A stretch of DNA of 64,000 nt from Gnetum montanum (lineage: Eukaryota; Plantae; Gnetophyta). The notes beneath the pieces were generated by a model. The model ran no database searches and was not told the DNA's origin. It saw only the letters and a program-made list of their open reading frames with translations. Shown one piece after another: positions 52,145-64,000 of this stretch. The position numbers were made by a program, and so were the translations under genes. Positions within the stretch are counted from its first letter, which is position 1; the number at the start of each line of letters is the position of its first letter. The stretch covers positions 183,762 to 247,761 of the forward strand of contig MNCI01000135.1 of the NCBI GenBank assembly GCA_015680685.1, written 5' to 3'.

Positions 52145-55100
52145 TAAACTGTGGCAATTAAAAACATCGGCGAATGGAACATTGAGAGGTTCACGAGTGC
52201 ATAGCTTAACCCCGTGTCTGCACAAGGGCTTGCTGGAGGCTAAGATGGGGTGCCTTGAATGGTCTTGTTGATCGAACAGGGACTTACCAAATGCAACTGG
52301 AGGTGCAGCGTAGTTAGTTGCCATGCTAATGCAAAATGATGCTAAGTGTTCGCATGGTATCAATGGTGTTAACGCTATCGAGTGTAGTCAAGTTTTTCGG
52401 TAAAAAAAGAGGGTGTCAACATGTGGGGACCGTTGCTCGAGTGTAGTTCTAGGTGCGGCTATGTGATGAAATAGTGAAAAATGCAAATGAATGCTAAAAA
52501 TGCAAAGAGAGAGAGAAGCATAACACAATCCCAAATGGGGTTGAGTGTGGTTAACACCAAAAGGGGTTAGAAGGTACATGGGGTACAACAGGCGCAATGA
52601 AGAGCGTAGTCATAGTCTCGGAGGTGTTTGGCCACAAAGAATGGCGCTTGCCAGGTTGTTTGCGTCTGCTGGGTTGGCCGCCATGGTGTGCTGTGGGCTA
52701 TGGTGTTCTGCTGGGTTGCGGTGGGGCTATGGTCATTTGCAACTTCGCCAAATGCTAATCCAAAAATTTGCCAACTCTTGATTTGCCAAAATGCCCACCC
52801 TAAAAATGTTGAGGGTGTAGGTGTATTTATAGGGTTAGGGTTAGTGCAAAATGTAGCATGGTCGCCACATGGTAGAGGGGATGGTTGGGACTACACTCTC
52901 ACCCAACTACGTTGACCACTTGGTTGGTGAGGTTGAGTGTAGTTACAATTTTGGGTAAGAGGGGATGCAAGAGAGAGAAAGATTCCACTGACTATGCTTG
53001 CTAGGGGTGAGTTGATTGCATTGGTGTGTCGTTGCTATGTTGTGGAGGCCATCGGAGGTTGTTCTAGCTGACTACGCTTTCCATTGGAGGCTGACTATGC
53101 TTTGTGATAGTGGAGAGCATAGTCCTAGCATTTAGAAAAAATTGTTGAACAATGGCCTTCATGTTGACTATGCTTTGGTGCAGTGGAGAGTGTAGTCCTA
53201 GCACTTAGAGAAAACTTTGCAGCGAATGGCTTTGTGTTAACTATGCTCTATACTGGAGGCTGACTACGCTTTGTGAGAGTGGAGAGTGTAGTCCCAGCAC
53301 TTAAAAAAATTTGTTGAAAGATGGCCTTCGTGTTGACTACGCTTCAGGGCAATGGAGAGCGTAGTTTTGGCACTTAGAAAAATTTGTAGCTTTTGGCTTC
53401 ACGATAACACTTAGAAAAAATTGCAAAATTGGCCTTTGTGTTGACTATGCTATCTACTGGAGGTTGACTATGCTCTCAGCTGGGGTCAAGCATAGTCTTA
53501 ACACTTATTCAAATTTGTAGTCGAGATGTTGTAGTCCAAATTTGGCGATGTTTCATGCTCCACGGCTAGCTAGCACTCGTCTGGCAACACTCCACCATCA
53601 GCACACCACCCTGGCACCAACTCCCCTTCCTCAGACTGGTTCTACTCCTCAGGCCTTCCCAAGATAGGTCCTCGATTGCCCTGAGTTTGCACCCTTTCTC
53701 CTTGCTTGTGCCCTTGCCTCTGTTATACAATTCTTGGCGTTAGATTCACGATTGGCGCACCCTTGTGTCAAAGTGCAAGAACCACCCTTGGGTGTTACCT
53801 TGGTTATTGCCTCTGGAGGGAATCTTAGAAAAACTACGGCAGATTGATAGGTGACCCATGCCACAAATGCTTGAGGAAAGTGAAATGCCCACAAGCTTGT
53901 GGGGGTACCCCTATTGAACAAAATATCGTTTCACCAGAACTGCTGCCTCCCTCTAGACACCCTACAACCCAAACTTCCGAATGTGTCCATTGGCAGTCCT
54001 GGGGATGGCCCCACAAAAGAACTCCACCGCATCCATTTGCACCCTCGTGACCGGCACCACAATCTCCCCTTCCGCAGCCACCCCCAATGTAGCAGCCAAC
54101 GCTTGCATTGACACCTCAATTGTTCTTCCCTTGTACTGCATGGTATTTCCCACCTAGTTGTCATAAAATTGTTGCGTGGACGGGTTCGGTTCTTTTTCCA
54201 AGCATTTCAGCAGGTCCACCCACCCCCTTTGTTCGACCAATGCCCATAGCTCGGGCATGCCAGCGAATTCCATCCATGATGGCTCAAAGATTGGCCTTTG
54301 TTCCATGGCCTCAATGGCCTCTTTTCATAGTAATCGTGCCTCTCGGACAACTATTGTGACCATAGGGAGCGGCTGCCCCTAAAAGATCACCGAATTCCTA
54401 CATTTCCGTAGGACTCACAACATGGCAAGCTCGAAAGGATCCTTGTTGAAGTCCTCTGTGCGAAAGATATTAGCCGCCAACCACATAGCCCTTGAAAACC
54501 CACACCCAAATATAAAGTGATGTAGCGTTTCGGGCTCTGCGTGGCAAAGGGGACAAACGTCCCCCACCTGAAGCCCTCGCTCCCTTAATGTGGCCCTCAC
54601 CGGTAGCACCCTATGCTTGAGGAGCCATCCAAAAGCCTTAATCTTCTCTAGAAGACGGCCTTTCTAGAGCTCCAACCAACTAGCCTCCTGTGGGTAAAGG
54701 AATTTGACTAGCTCCTTCAGGTCCTATCCAACTAGGCTAAGTGGCTCCACCTTAGCTGCATGATGGCAAAGATTTTTTGGAGCTAGGAACTGTCCAGTTG
54801 CACCTCCCAATGATTAGATTTTTGTCGCAGTAGTTGCACCCACGGCGTGTCGCCCTCATTTTGGCCCAAATACGTGTTCAACAGGCGATGTAGGCCTAAG
54901 GTCATCTCATACCCAAATTGCAACATGCCAATTGCCCCCATTGGCTTGGGCCATGCCATGACTGTCTAAGACACCAAATGTGCCTTTCTGCTCCCATTGC
55001 CACTTGACCACACAAACTCCCAAACAATGTTGTCAATTTTCTGCATCACCATAGCCGGTAGCTTTGCCATGGATGCCACAAATTGAGCAAACACCATCAG

Positions 55101-58100
55101 AATAGTGGTAGCTAGCATCATTTTCCCCTTCTGGAAGAGGAAATAGCCGATCCACAATGTGGTCTTTTGTTGGATCCGCTCAACCAATCCCTTCCAAGTC
55201 AGCTATCGGTTCCAATCAAATATGGGCATGCCCAAGTACGTGTCTTGTGCATGTCTTGGTAGAATGCCCAACACCTGAATTAGCTTGGCTTGCACTACAC
55301 TACTCCATCCATGTTGATGAAGTATATGGCCAACTGCCCTTTATTCACTTCGAGGCCCACCTTACGCTGCATCCTAGCCACCGCCCATAACAGGGCCGTT
55401 GCCTATGGCACTGCAGCCTTAGAGAAGATCATCATATCGTTCACATAGTGGGTTGCCAAACAGTGCACCCCAGTGACATGGAGCCCCTGCATGCCTTTGG
55501 CAAGACAATAGCTTTTGAACAAATCCATGACGATGGTCACCTTGTCTTAATCCATGCCTAGTCCCGGCGAATCCGCAAAGCTTCCTATCAATGTCAAATG
55601 AATAACAACCGCTTCGTTGCATTTGAATACATAGGTCGATGAACTTGGCATCGAAATTGTTCACCCTCATAATCATCTTGAGCGTTGCCCAACACACAGT
55701 GTCATAAGCCTTGGTGATATCAAGCTTAAGGCACATTCCCGAAAATCTAGGCATCTTAATTGAGTGTAGGATCTCCTACAATAGCAGCACCTGGTCCTGC
55801 CGATAATGACCCTTTATCAATCTAGCCTGATGCTCCCCAACTAACTTCACCATTAACGGTGCAACACGCCTGACCAACATCTTGGAAAAGACACGCAAAA
55901 GGGTATTACAAACCTTGATGGGCTGGAAATGTCTCGGTGATGACGGGTGAGGGACTTTGGGTAGTAGCACCACCCTTGAGCAGTTGATTTCTCTCATAAC
56001 TTGTTGCTAGTGAAGCATGCTATTGAAAGTGTCTAGCAAATTGGGTCCTAAGATGTCCTCATACTCACGGAAGAATTTGATGGGCCACCCATTCAGCCCC
56101 GGAGCCTTGTTGAACTGCATCGATTTCATTGCCCTTAGTAACTCCTCCCACACAAAAGGGCGCAGCAAATTAAGGTTGTCAGCACGTGTAAGGACCCTTG
56201 GAATTGGCCAGATATAGGCTATGTGGCCTGCCACCGCCATATCTCCCCCCAAAATGCTTGCAGGGCTTCCAACCCCCTTTCGCTGCTCTATGGCCCTCCC
56301 CCACCTATGCCCTCCAACAAGCTTTGGATTTTGTTTTTGTCGGTCCAATTGCTTTTGGCCATAACAAAGAAGCATGTGTGCTTGTCCCCTTCTCGTAACC
56401 ACGTCACCCTCGAACGTTAGTGCCAGTAGCTTTCTTCCTCCTTGTCAAGCTCCTTGAGTTCCCGCAACAACTCCTGCTCTTCAGTGTCGTAGGTGGCCCT
56501 AGCTTCCTGAAACCATTGGATCTTCCACAATTCCTCTTGCACATGTGTCATGTACCCTTGGAAGCTATACTTGTCATTGGTTGTTTTGGTCTTGTTGTCA
56601 ATTTTGAGGGTTTGTAGTCCATCTTTCAAGAATTGTCAGGGCTCCTGCATTGCTGTATAATTCTACCATATATTAGTCACCAATGGTTTCAGCCAAGCTT
56701 TGTGCAACCAGGTCCTCTCGAACCTGAGTGGCTGAGGTTCCTGACCCTCCTTAGATCAGAGCTGGCAGAGGATGGACTGATGGTCAGAGGCCTGACGTTC
56801 TTTACCTTTAGCCTTGATGTCACTCACCCATATCCAATCAATCCTTGATTGGACTTGATTCGGTCCCCTTCGTTGGTTGCGCCAAGTGTATTGACATCCC
56901 AAAGTTTCCAGGTCAACCAACTCATATTGGTGGAGGAAATCAACGCAATCCTTAGCCCCCAGGAGATTTGTGCAATCATTTCCTGTTTTCTCCCACAATA
57001 GTCTTTGATTGAAATCACCTAGCAACATCCATCTGGCCATATTGGGGATTACCCTTGCCACCTGTCTGAGTTCTTGGACTCGAGCCTCCCAATGTTGTGC
57101 CCCATAAGCATTTGTGAGCTAGAGATCCACTTGTCACACGCAATTAGTCTGCTCTAGTCCAAATCTTCTACGAATTTGACCAGGATTTTAGCCAAAATGG
57201 CCAACCCTCCCATGCGGTCCCTACTAGGCACCAAGTGTGCAATCTAGCCCTCCCAGCACAACAGTTGCCGTTCGGATGCTTGGACCTTTGTTTCCTGTAA
57301 AAAGACCAAATCACATCCTGCCTCCCTAACTAGCATTCGCAGGGTATTTCTTTTGTACGGGGTACCTTGGCCCTGACAAGTCCAGGAGAGGATCTTCATG
57401 GAGAGATAGACACTTGTCTATGGTATACCTCCCGCAGCATTTGCTGCACCCCCAAATCAATATCCAACTGTGTGGATTTCATGCATGTTGTTGTTTTATT
57501 TAGTTACCCAACCTTGTGCTCCAATGGAAACACAGGCACACCCATTGAGCTTGCTACCTACCTTGCCGGTAGGTCCTTCATTTTTGCTCTCAAAGACCCA
57601 CGTCCCACTATTATCCATTCCTCCAATGGGGGCAACTCCATCTTTGAAGCCATCAACTCATCCATCTGTTTGGCCAGTGGAGTTTGGGGAGAACCTTGGG
57701 TTTCCCCATCTCCCCTAGGCCCCCTATGGCAAATGACCCTTTAGTCCTGCCCCCCACTAGCAAAGGGTCCTCCGCTCCTTCCTCTACACGTGGTAATTTA
57801 TTACCCTTCATCAGTCCCTATCCATCGCCCTTTGTTGTGGGCTGTGGGTGTTGGGGCCCCTTGCTCCATTTGACGATGGCCCCTGCTTCCAAATCTGACC
57901 CTTCCAACCCACAAGGCTCTAGCCCTGAGTATTTTCAATCAACCCGTAGTGGCATTCTGACATGGGATGCCCTTTCCCATAGGTCTTTTAGATTGGTGCT
58001 TCCTCCTTGCGAATTGCTGGCAAGTTTTCAAATTTGACCTTGATCTGTTCTTCTTCCATTGCCATGTCTAGCATGACCTTAGTAACCCGATCCTCCAACC

Positions 58101-59574
58101 TCAATGACCGCCAAATGTAGAAACGGGCATAGCCCATTTGATCCATGTAGGCCGTAAAGGCATCAAACTTGATGAACTCTCCAAAGAGTCCCACTAGGAA
58201 TTTTAGAAACCTTGTTTCCTAGTATTCAAGTGGCAAGTCCATTAGCTGAATCCAAACCAGCACATGGTTGAATAGACTCTTATCTCTATGCACTCTCGGT
58301 TTCCAAGGAGCCAAGGCCAATCCTTGGGCTCCATAGAACCATGGCCCCCCTAATAGAATCCTATCCTACTCTTCCATCATTTGAAAACTAAAAAGCAATT
58401 GGTCATCCGCCAGGCTTCGAACACGAACATCCTCCACCGCCTAGGTCATGCAGACCTACTTTCGAATTAGTTCCATGCACGGCCGTACTCCTTCGAAAAC
58501 AAATTTGCCAAGGAGACTTTGCTCTAGCACCTGTATGGTCTCTTTGGACGGGTGCCCAACCCTAAGCCACATGATGGCCCCATCCTTGGAATAGGCATCA
58601 AATTTGGCACTACCACATTCCTTTGGGGGCTCCCTAACCCTTGTGTCCTGTTCATCAATATCCGCCTCCACCTCGCCACAGTTGGCAAACTCTCTACCCC
58701 CTTGGCCCTGCATGGGCTTGTTCTCGGCCCCTCCAGCCCTCCCCAATGGCTGCTCCCACGACACCCATGGATGTTCCTGTTGACCCTACATTCTCTCCTG
58801 CTCCTACGTTTGCTCTTGCTCCCACTACCATTTTTCAACAAACTTGCTCATAAATGTCTTAACTGTAAAAACAACAAAAAAGTTTAACTTTATTACTAAT
58901 CACGATATTAAAGAATCTTGGTTTGATTACCATGAAGATTTTGATTACAGGACAATGAACATTGAACACTCAAGGGATGAGACTTTAGAACCTAATCTCT
59001 TTGCTCTTGAGGACCAATGTTCACACTTGTCCCATAAAGTAGATGACATGTTTGATCAAACATTTTATTGTCATACCATTAGGATTAATACTTCTAGTCT
59101 ACATAAGGAATTTGAAGTTGTTGCAGAAAAATTTAAAAATCTCAAAAAAAGAATTCAAACAACTCCTTGTTTATGAAATAAATAAATGTATAGCCATTCA
59201 AAAACAAATAGATCAGCAAAATGATTTGCTAGATCAATTAAGACATAGATTAGTGGTTGAAACTACTAGAGAACAAACTCCCTCTAGACAAGACAAAGAA
59301 GAATCCCAAATAGAACTTGAATACACATGGAACCCAACTTGTGATCTATTTGTTGGATCTTCTTCTGAACTGCAACCAAAATTAACTAAACTAACCAAAC
59401 TAAGGCTATCCTTAGGCAGGCCAGGATCCAGCAATTAAAAGGGTTCCTATCTAGAGCCACTTCCAAACTCAAACAGTTAGAACAAGAAGAAGCATATCAA
59501 CAAGCTCAGTATGAACATGAAATTAATGCTTATGTCCAACAAAATGAGGATTCTCCTTACACTATATTTATGTG

Positions 59575-59920
59575 CAATACAACAATCCTGCCCATTTGCA
59601 TGTTAACTATAAAGATTCCTCACTTTGAACCTTATCCTATTGATGTTCTAATTGATTCAAGAGCTGAAACAAGCTTAGCTAGGTTTTCTATTATACTAGA
59701 AGACCTTAGGATTTGAAATAGGTTATCTTTACAATTTAATCATAGTAGACCAAAGTCAGAGTTTCACGCTAATGTTCCTTTCTTGATAGGAAATAAAATA
59801 GTCCAGATTAAAGTTTTGCATTGTGAATTAGCTGAATATGACATGTTGATAGGTACAAATAGTCTAGATCTAATAGGTCCCTACTCCATTAACACTAACC
59901 ATATTACCCTAGGATCTATA
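59575..59920 (+). pseudogene. Caulimovirid aspartic protease remnant
   Basis: LTIKIPHFEPYPIDVLIDSRAETSL (D-S-G>R active site) and downstream YDMLIG. Confidence 0.75.
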
Positions 59921-59923
59921 AGT

Positions 59924-62900
59924 TGATGTGGTAGAGCTAAAAAGTGAGCTTATTATGAAGACAAGTTTTGGTTCTATGAACCCGCTCTTTGAAATAGTTG
60001 ACATGGTAGAATGACAAAGAGTTGGTTAGGGAGGCTGAATTTTGTCTCTACATACACTACTCCTCTCCTAATGCTGACTTGGTAGAGCCAATTTTTGCAC
60101 CCTTTATAGAACTAGATTTCTTGGCTCTACGAACCCACATCACATGATAGCCTACATGGCAAAGCTAATTTTAACCTTTTCCTTTTGCTTTAATCCCATG
60201 AAGCTAAACTAAGTAGAATCAATTTGTAGATCCATTTTTAAGCACTATGAGCTGATCTGTCAAGTGTACTTAATGAGCCCCTTTTCAGAGTTAGGTTGAG
60301 CCCTTTTTCTTGAAACAAGGATTTCTATAAGTGCTTAACTGTTCATCCAAATGCCCGTTGAGACACAACTGATCCTTAAGCTTTGTGATTCTATTTTGAT
60401 AATCTTAACATGGTTAGCAGAGCACAAGTTTGAGGCAATTTAGCTTATGTAAGCTCTATCTTTGATGGCTAGCTCAGTTGCGGTGCTAATTTTACTTTGA
60501 TACCCTAGCTCTTCAAACTGTCTAAAAATTCTATGAGCTTTGTTATGTTGCAAAAACTTGAAATTCGTTCCTGTGCTCACATATGCTCTTCCAACCCATG
60601 AGCTCTCAATGTCTTGAAACTTTATTCATATCATAGCTTTCACCAAATCTTAGCTTTAAAACAAATCTTAGCTTTAAAATTTTGAAACTCATAATCGTGA
60701 TTAGGCATAAGCTTTTCATTCCTTTAAAGCCCTGAATTATTCTAGAATAGAGTTCCATTCTTATATAGGGTTGTATTAAATCAAAGAGTCGTTTGCAATT
60801 CATATACTTTAGCTCAACTATCTTAAGCCCTGCTCCATGAAATGGCTAAAATGCAACAACACCTTCGTTATGTTCATTGCTTCTGAATCAAATGATTTGG
60901 CATCAGATAAGGAAAGAGAATCAATTGGTTTTTCAAAGACTTGATTTGTGTCCTCATGGGCTGGACATTATTCAAGGCAATTAACATCTCTAATGACATA
61001 GAGATGTTTTGTGACACAATAGTTGCAACTATGCTTACCACATGACTAGGAAAGATCACATGAGATCTGTTTGTAATGTGTCTTCCCAATCACATCTTTC
61101 TTTCCGATTTCAAGGTGAAGGCCTTAGAAGACTAACATGACATCAATGGCACTCAACTAGGCTCTTCCCATGATGACAAGAAAGCTGTCTCCCACCTTGT
61201 TCTCCGATTTAATCACCAAGAAGTCTGTAGGATATGACCATCATGGAAATGTTGTTATTACATTATTTACCTGTCCCACAAGATATGTTTAGGATTGGTT
61301 TAGCAGCTCCAACCTAATGTTAGTACTCTTAGAGAGGGGAGACCCCAATCAAGGTACTGCTGCAATGAAATGATGTTGACTCCCAAATTAGAGTCACAAA
61401 GAGTGAGACAATGATCTTTCTCACCAGTCTGAATCTCCGTCATGAATTGCCAGGATTTGATTTCTTTATAGGTGGATGACCTCTTTTTACCACCCATTTG
61501 GTTGCCTTAGACATGGTAATGGTTATGACACTACTGCCATCAAGTGCCATCATAATTGACTTGCCAGATGTTGTTAAGGAACTTCTCTCGAAGGTGAGTG
61601 TTTCATTCTAACAACATTCAAGGAATGGTATTGGGACCTCCTTAATGTGGACTCTTGTTCTACTTGAAGTATTATCATGTCTACAAGATGAAGAGGATGG
61701 AGTGGACCTAGTTCCATGGTGCTCATGTCTGCAGTTATGGTAAAATTTTCTATCATGGGATCTTAAATTTACCCCTACAACCAAATCAACAGGAGATTGG
61801 TACTATTGCCCCATTGTGTAAGTAGAAGTAGGATCAATACCATAGGCAATATTACAAAATTTGGCTTGCCTTGGTTGCAGTTTACTAGGAATTTTGCCTT
61901 GCATGGGGCTAGGAAGTAGAAGCTGATGTTGATATTGTTGGGGAGCTTGAAAGGTAGGATTTCTTGATGTAGGTTGGTACTAATGAGGGGTTTTCTATGG
62001 AAGTGAATAAGTACATGCCTAGGCACCTTGAGAATAGGGATTGGACGAAACTGTCATTTGTTGTTGCATTGGAGTTGGAGAATTTCATGGAGTAGCACCC
62101 CAAGGATTTAGAGTTTGCCACTATTGGTACTGTTGCAGGGGTTGCAAGTACACACCTCGAAGATAGTATGCTTGGCCCAAGTATGGAGTCCTCCTTGTCT
62201 ACCTCTTGACAAACTAGGGATTGAAAGGCATCCCACCTTGTTCCATTTCACCAATCATGTGGGCCATGACTAGGTAGCACTATCTGTTATGAGGATTTGT
62301 GCAATGCTCACATGCGATCCTTATCACTGAAGGATGAGGAAGCCTCATTTGAATCTTCTCTTACACTCTTGAAATGCAAGAGCTTTTCCTTACCCTTGCC
62401 ACTATACTTCTTTCTACATCTAGGTGGTACAATTGCTTTAGCTATAGCTTCGAATATCCTACCCTCATTGTCCTTAAGGTAGTTGTCATCTTTTCACCCA
62501 TTACATCCCAAACTTGGTCCACCGAGTGGCCCAAGTCTATTAAGGCCTTGTTGGTTCTGACTTGGTCTTGCACCAAGACCTCAACAATAGTAGGAAGTTT
62601 AGTTGTACCTTCAATGAATTTGACCTCCTTTGTACGCATGGGATCATGATTGTACTCCTTTGATGATTGTCGTTTCTACCATTCACCTTACACACTAGCT
62701 ATGGTGTCTAGGAGTGCTTTGATTTGGGCCATGGACTTTTTGTGTACCTGGCCCATTGTATGCATGCTCACTTGCTCCCTTGTTTCCTACCTTGGGCCTT
62801 CCATGAGATGCATCAACTATTCTCCTTGGCTAAAGTCATGGTTTGGACAGCAATGAGCAATTTTCAAGTATCTTTTCCGAGGAATGTCTAGTGATTCACA

Positions 62901-63130
62901 GGCTCCTTGTCTCCATCCAACCATTTTCTTCTAGATGTTTGAAATGCAAGCATAGGTTTGGAATTTGGTGTAGAAAATTTTTACCACATCTATCCATTTT
63001 TGAATTAATTTATATGGCAAGGATTTATACCAAGTTTCTTCTTACTCAATAAAGGCATGGGGAAACAATCACAACTTTTGCCAATCATTAATGATCCCTT
63101 GCATATAGCAAGCATTATCAAATGCTTACA
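59924..63130 (-). mobile_element. Decayed Ty3/gypsy gag-protease remnant
   Basis: LCDSNLGVNIISLQQYLDWGLPSL (61300-61497) and YPTDFLVI..LVIMGR.LSAIDV (~61130-61240), protease-like; boundaries uncertain. Confidence 0.65.
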
Positions 63131-64000
63131 TGTGAAGTTGGGGATCATTGTTGGTATACCTTGTCATGGCCTCTTGAGTTGCCGCAATTGTAGGCTCATG
63201 TGCAGGTGTATGTGAGCTACAATTGATCCACACTTGGAGTGTGGAAAGACATCTGGTACCGCCAGGTGGAGCTAGGTGCGATGCATGTGAGGGGACTATA
63301 GTTGGGTTCACCCAGATGTAGTGCATGCACATCTAGAGGAAGACAGGTGCGACGCATGTGAGGGGGCTACAACTAGGTTCGCCCAGATGTAGCGCATGCA
63401 TATCCGTTATTGCCAGTTGGGGCGAAACAGATAGAAAACTGAACTGGCAAAGGGGTTACGTGCATACTCTTTGGAGATGCAAGTGATGTGTTTGTAACGC
63501 CAGTTACGGGAGTGCATTGGCAAGGTTGGGTATGCTCGTGCCTATAAAAGCAAGAGGTGATGCTCACATTGGGGTAACCTCCTATGCGTATTGTAACATA
63601 TTCCTTTGAGAGTAAAGGTTGGGAGTTTTCCTGTAAGTGTGTTTTTGTTGAGCTTGAGTATCATTGTGCATTCGTTGCGAGTAGTTGGCTAAGGTGGGCA
63701 CTTAGCGCTATCACCTGGTGAAAGAAATTTCTGTTGCGATTCACCCGGTGACAGTTGGTATCGAAGCAAGGATGTTTGTGATGGAGGACCTTGCTAAGCA
63801 TGTCGCTGTTTTGGAAACATTGATTGGAGCCCCTGCTCCTAATGCTCGATCCCTTGTGGACCAGGCGGTTTTGCACCATAGGGAGATTAACGAATTGCAG
63901 CAAAACAATGATGTTGTGCNAGTTCTGCACCATAGGGAGATTAACGAATTGCAGCAAAACAATGATGTTGTGCAAAGTGAACTTGAATCTCATGTTGGCG
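63131..64000 (+). mobile_element. 5' LTR, PBS and start of another LTR retrotransposon
   Basis: TGTG at 63131 ... GTGACA ending 63753; TATA box CCTATAAAAG 63541; PBS-like TGGTATCGAAGC 63756-63767; internal ~70-bp duplication 63271-63400. Confidence 0.65.

Larger units (their letters stand above)
46982..53555 (-). mobile_element. Ty3/gypsy Tat-type LTR retrotransposon, non-autonomous (gag-protease only)
   Basis: LTRs 46982-48506 and 52150-53555; perfect TSD TGCTC (46977-46981, 53556-53560); PBS rc 52128-52144; PPT ~48507-48520; gag YHQLFGHNTDFC, SLYDLIMTSSAHREAL; protease region FNLILGRPWL..AVSSPIHQ (49103-49700); no RT/RH/INT seen. Confidence 0.9.
46344..58844 (-). mobile_element. Full-length decayed LINE copy 7 (16-bp TSD), interrupted by a Tat element; no J-domain recognisable
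   Basis: TSD TGCTCATAAATGTCTT at 46328-46343 and 58845-58860; ORF1 (LLGKFV, GGPWFY, FGEFIKFD); ORF2 ATG 57399; LLGDFNQ, KAPGLNG, KLDITKAYD; zf-RVT 54415-54609; accessory domain 53750-54306; coiled coil and 3' UTR 46344-46981. Confidence 0.93.
43720..59920 (+). mobile_element. Endogenous caulimovirid (plant pararetrovirus), MP-CP-AP portion, split by LINE copy 7
   Basis: tRNA-Met PBS TGGTATCAGAGCC 43720-43732 not preceded by an LTR-terminal CA; 30K movement protein; capsid with Zn knuckle; aspartic protease; A-rich + strand. Viral parts are 43720-46343 and 58845-59920. Confidence 0.88.

Noticed and set aside
63870-63975. ~50-bp direct repeat around a single n
   Set aside because: Contig-junction duplication artefact

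Overview
Eukaryotic nuclear DNA from a vascular land plant (draft assembly with N gaps and poly-G artefacts). The whole window lies inside one + strand host gene, a GDT1/UPF0016-family chloroplast Mn transporter (CMT1/PAM71-HL-like). Only three small exons are present (7011-7058, 38339-38435, 39790-39950); the first two are separated by a 31.3 kb intron, and the intron after the third appears to run >24 kb. The introns hold nested, decayed retroelements: at least 8 copies of one L1-clade LINE group, two nested Ty1/copia elements, a Tat-type Ty3/gypsy element with a tRNA-Asn PBS, an endogenous caulimovirid (MP-CP-AP), further LTR remnants and tRNA-like SINE remnants. Main discovery: in these LINEs, ORF2 (EN-RT-zf-RVT) continues in frame, where plant L1s usually end or carry RNase H, into a ~500-aa extension. 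The extension comprises a conserved ~190-aa accessory domain, an E/R-rich coiled coil, a DnaJ/Hsp40 J-domain (HPD motif) and a terminal CxC motif. Seven J-domain copies occur in the window. This suggests a retrotransposon that carries its own Hsp70 co-chaperone module. All calls come from reading the sequence by eye; no database searches were run.
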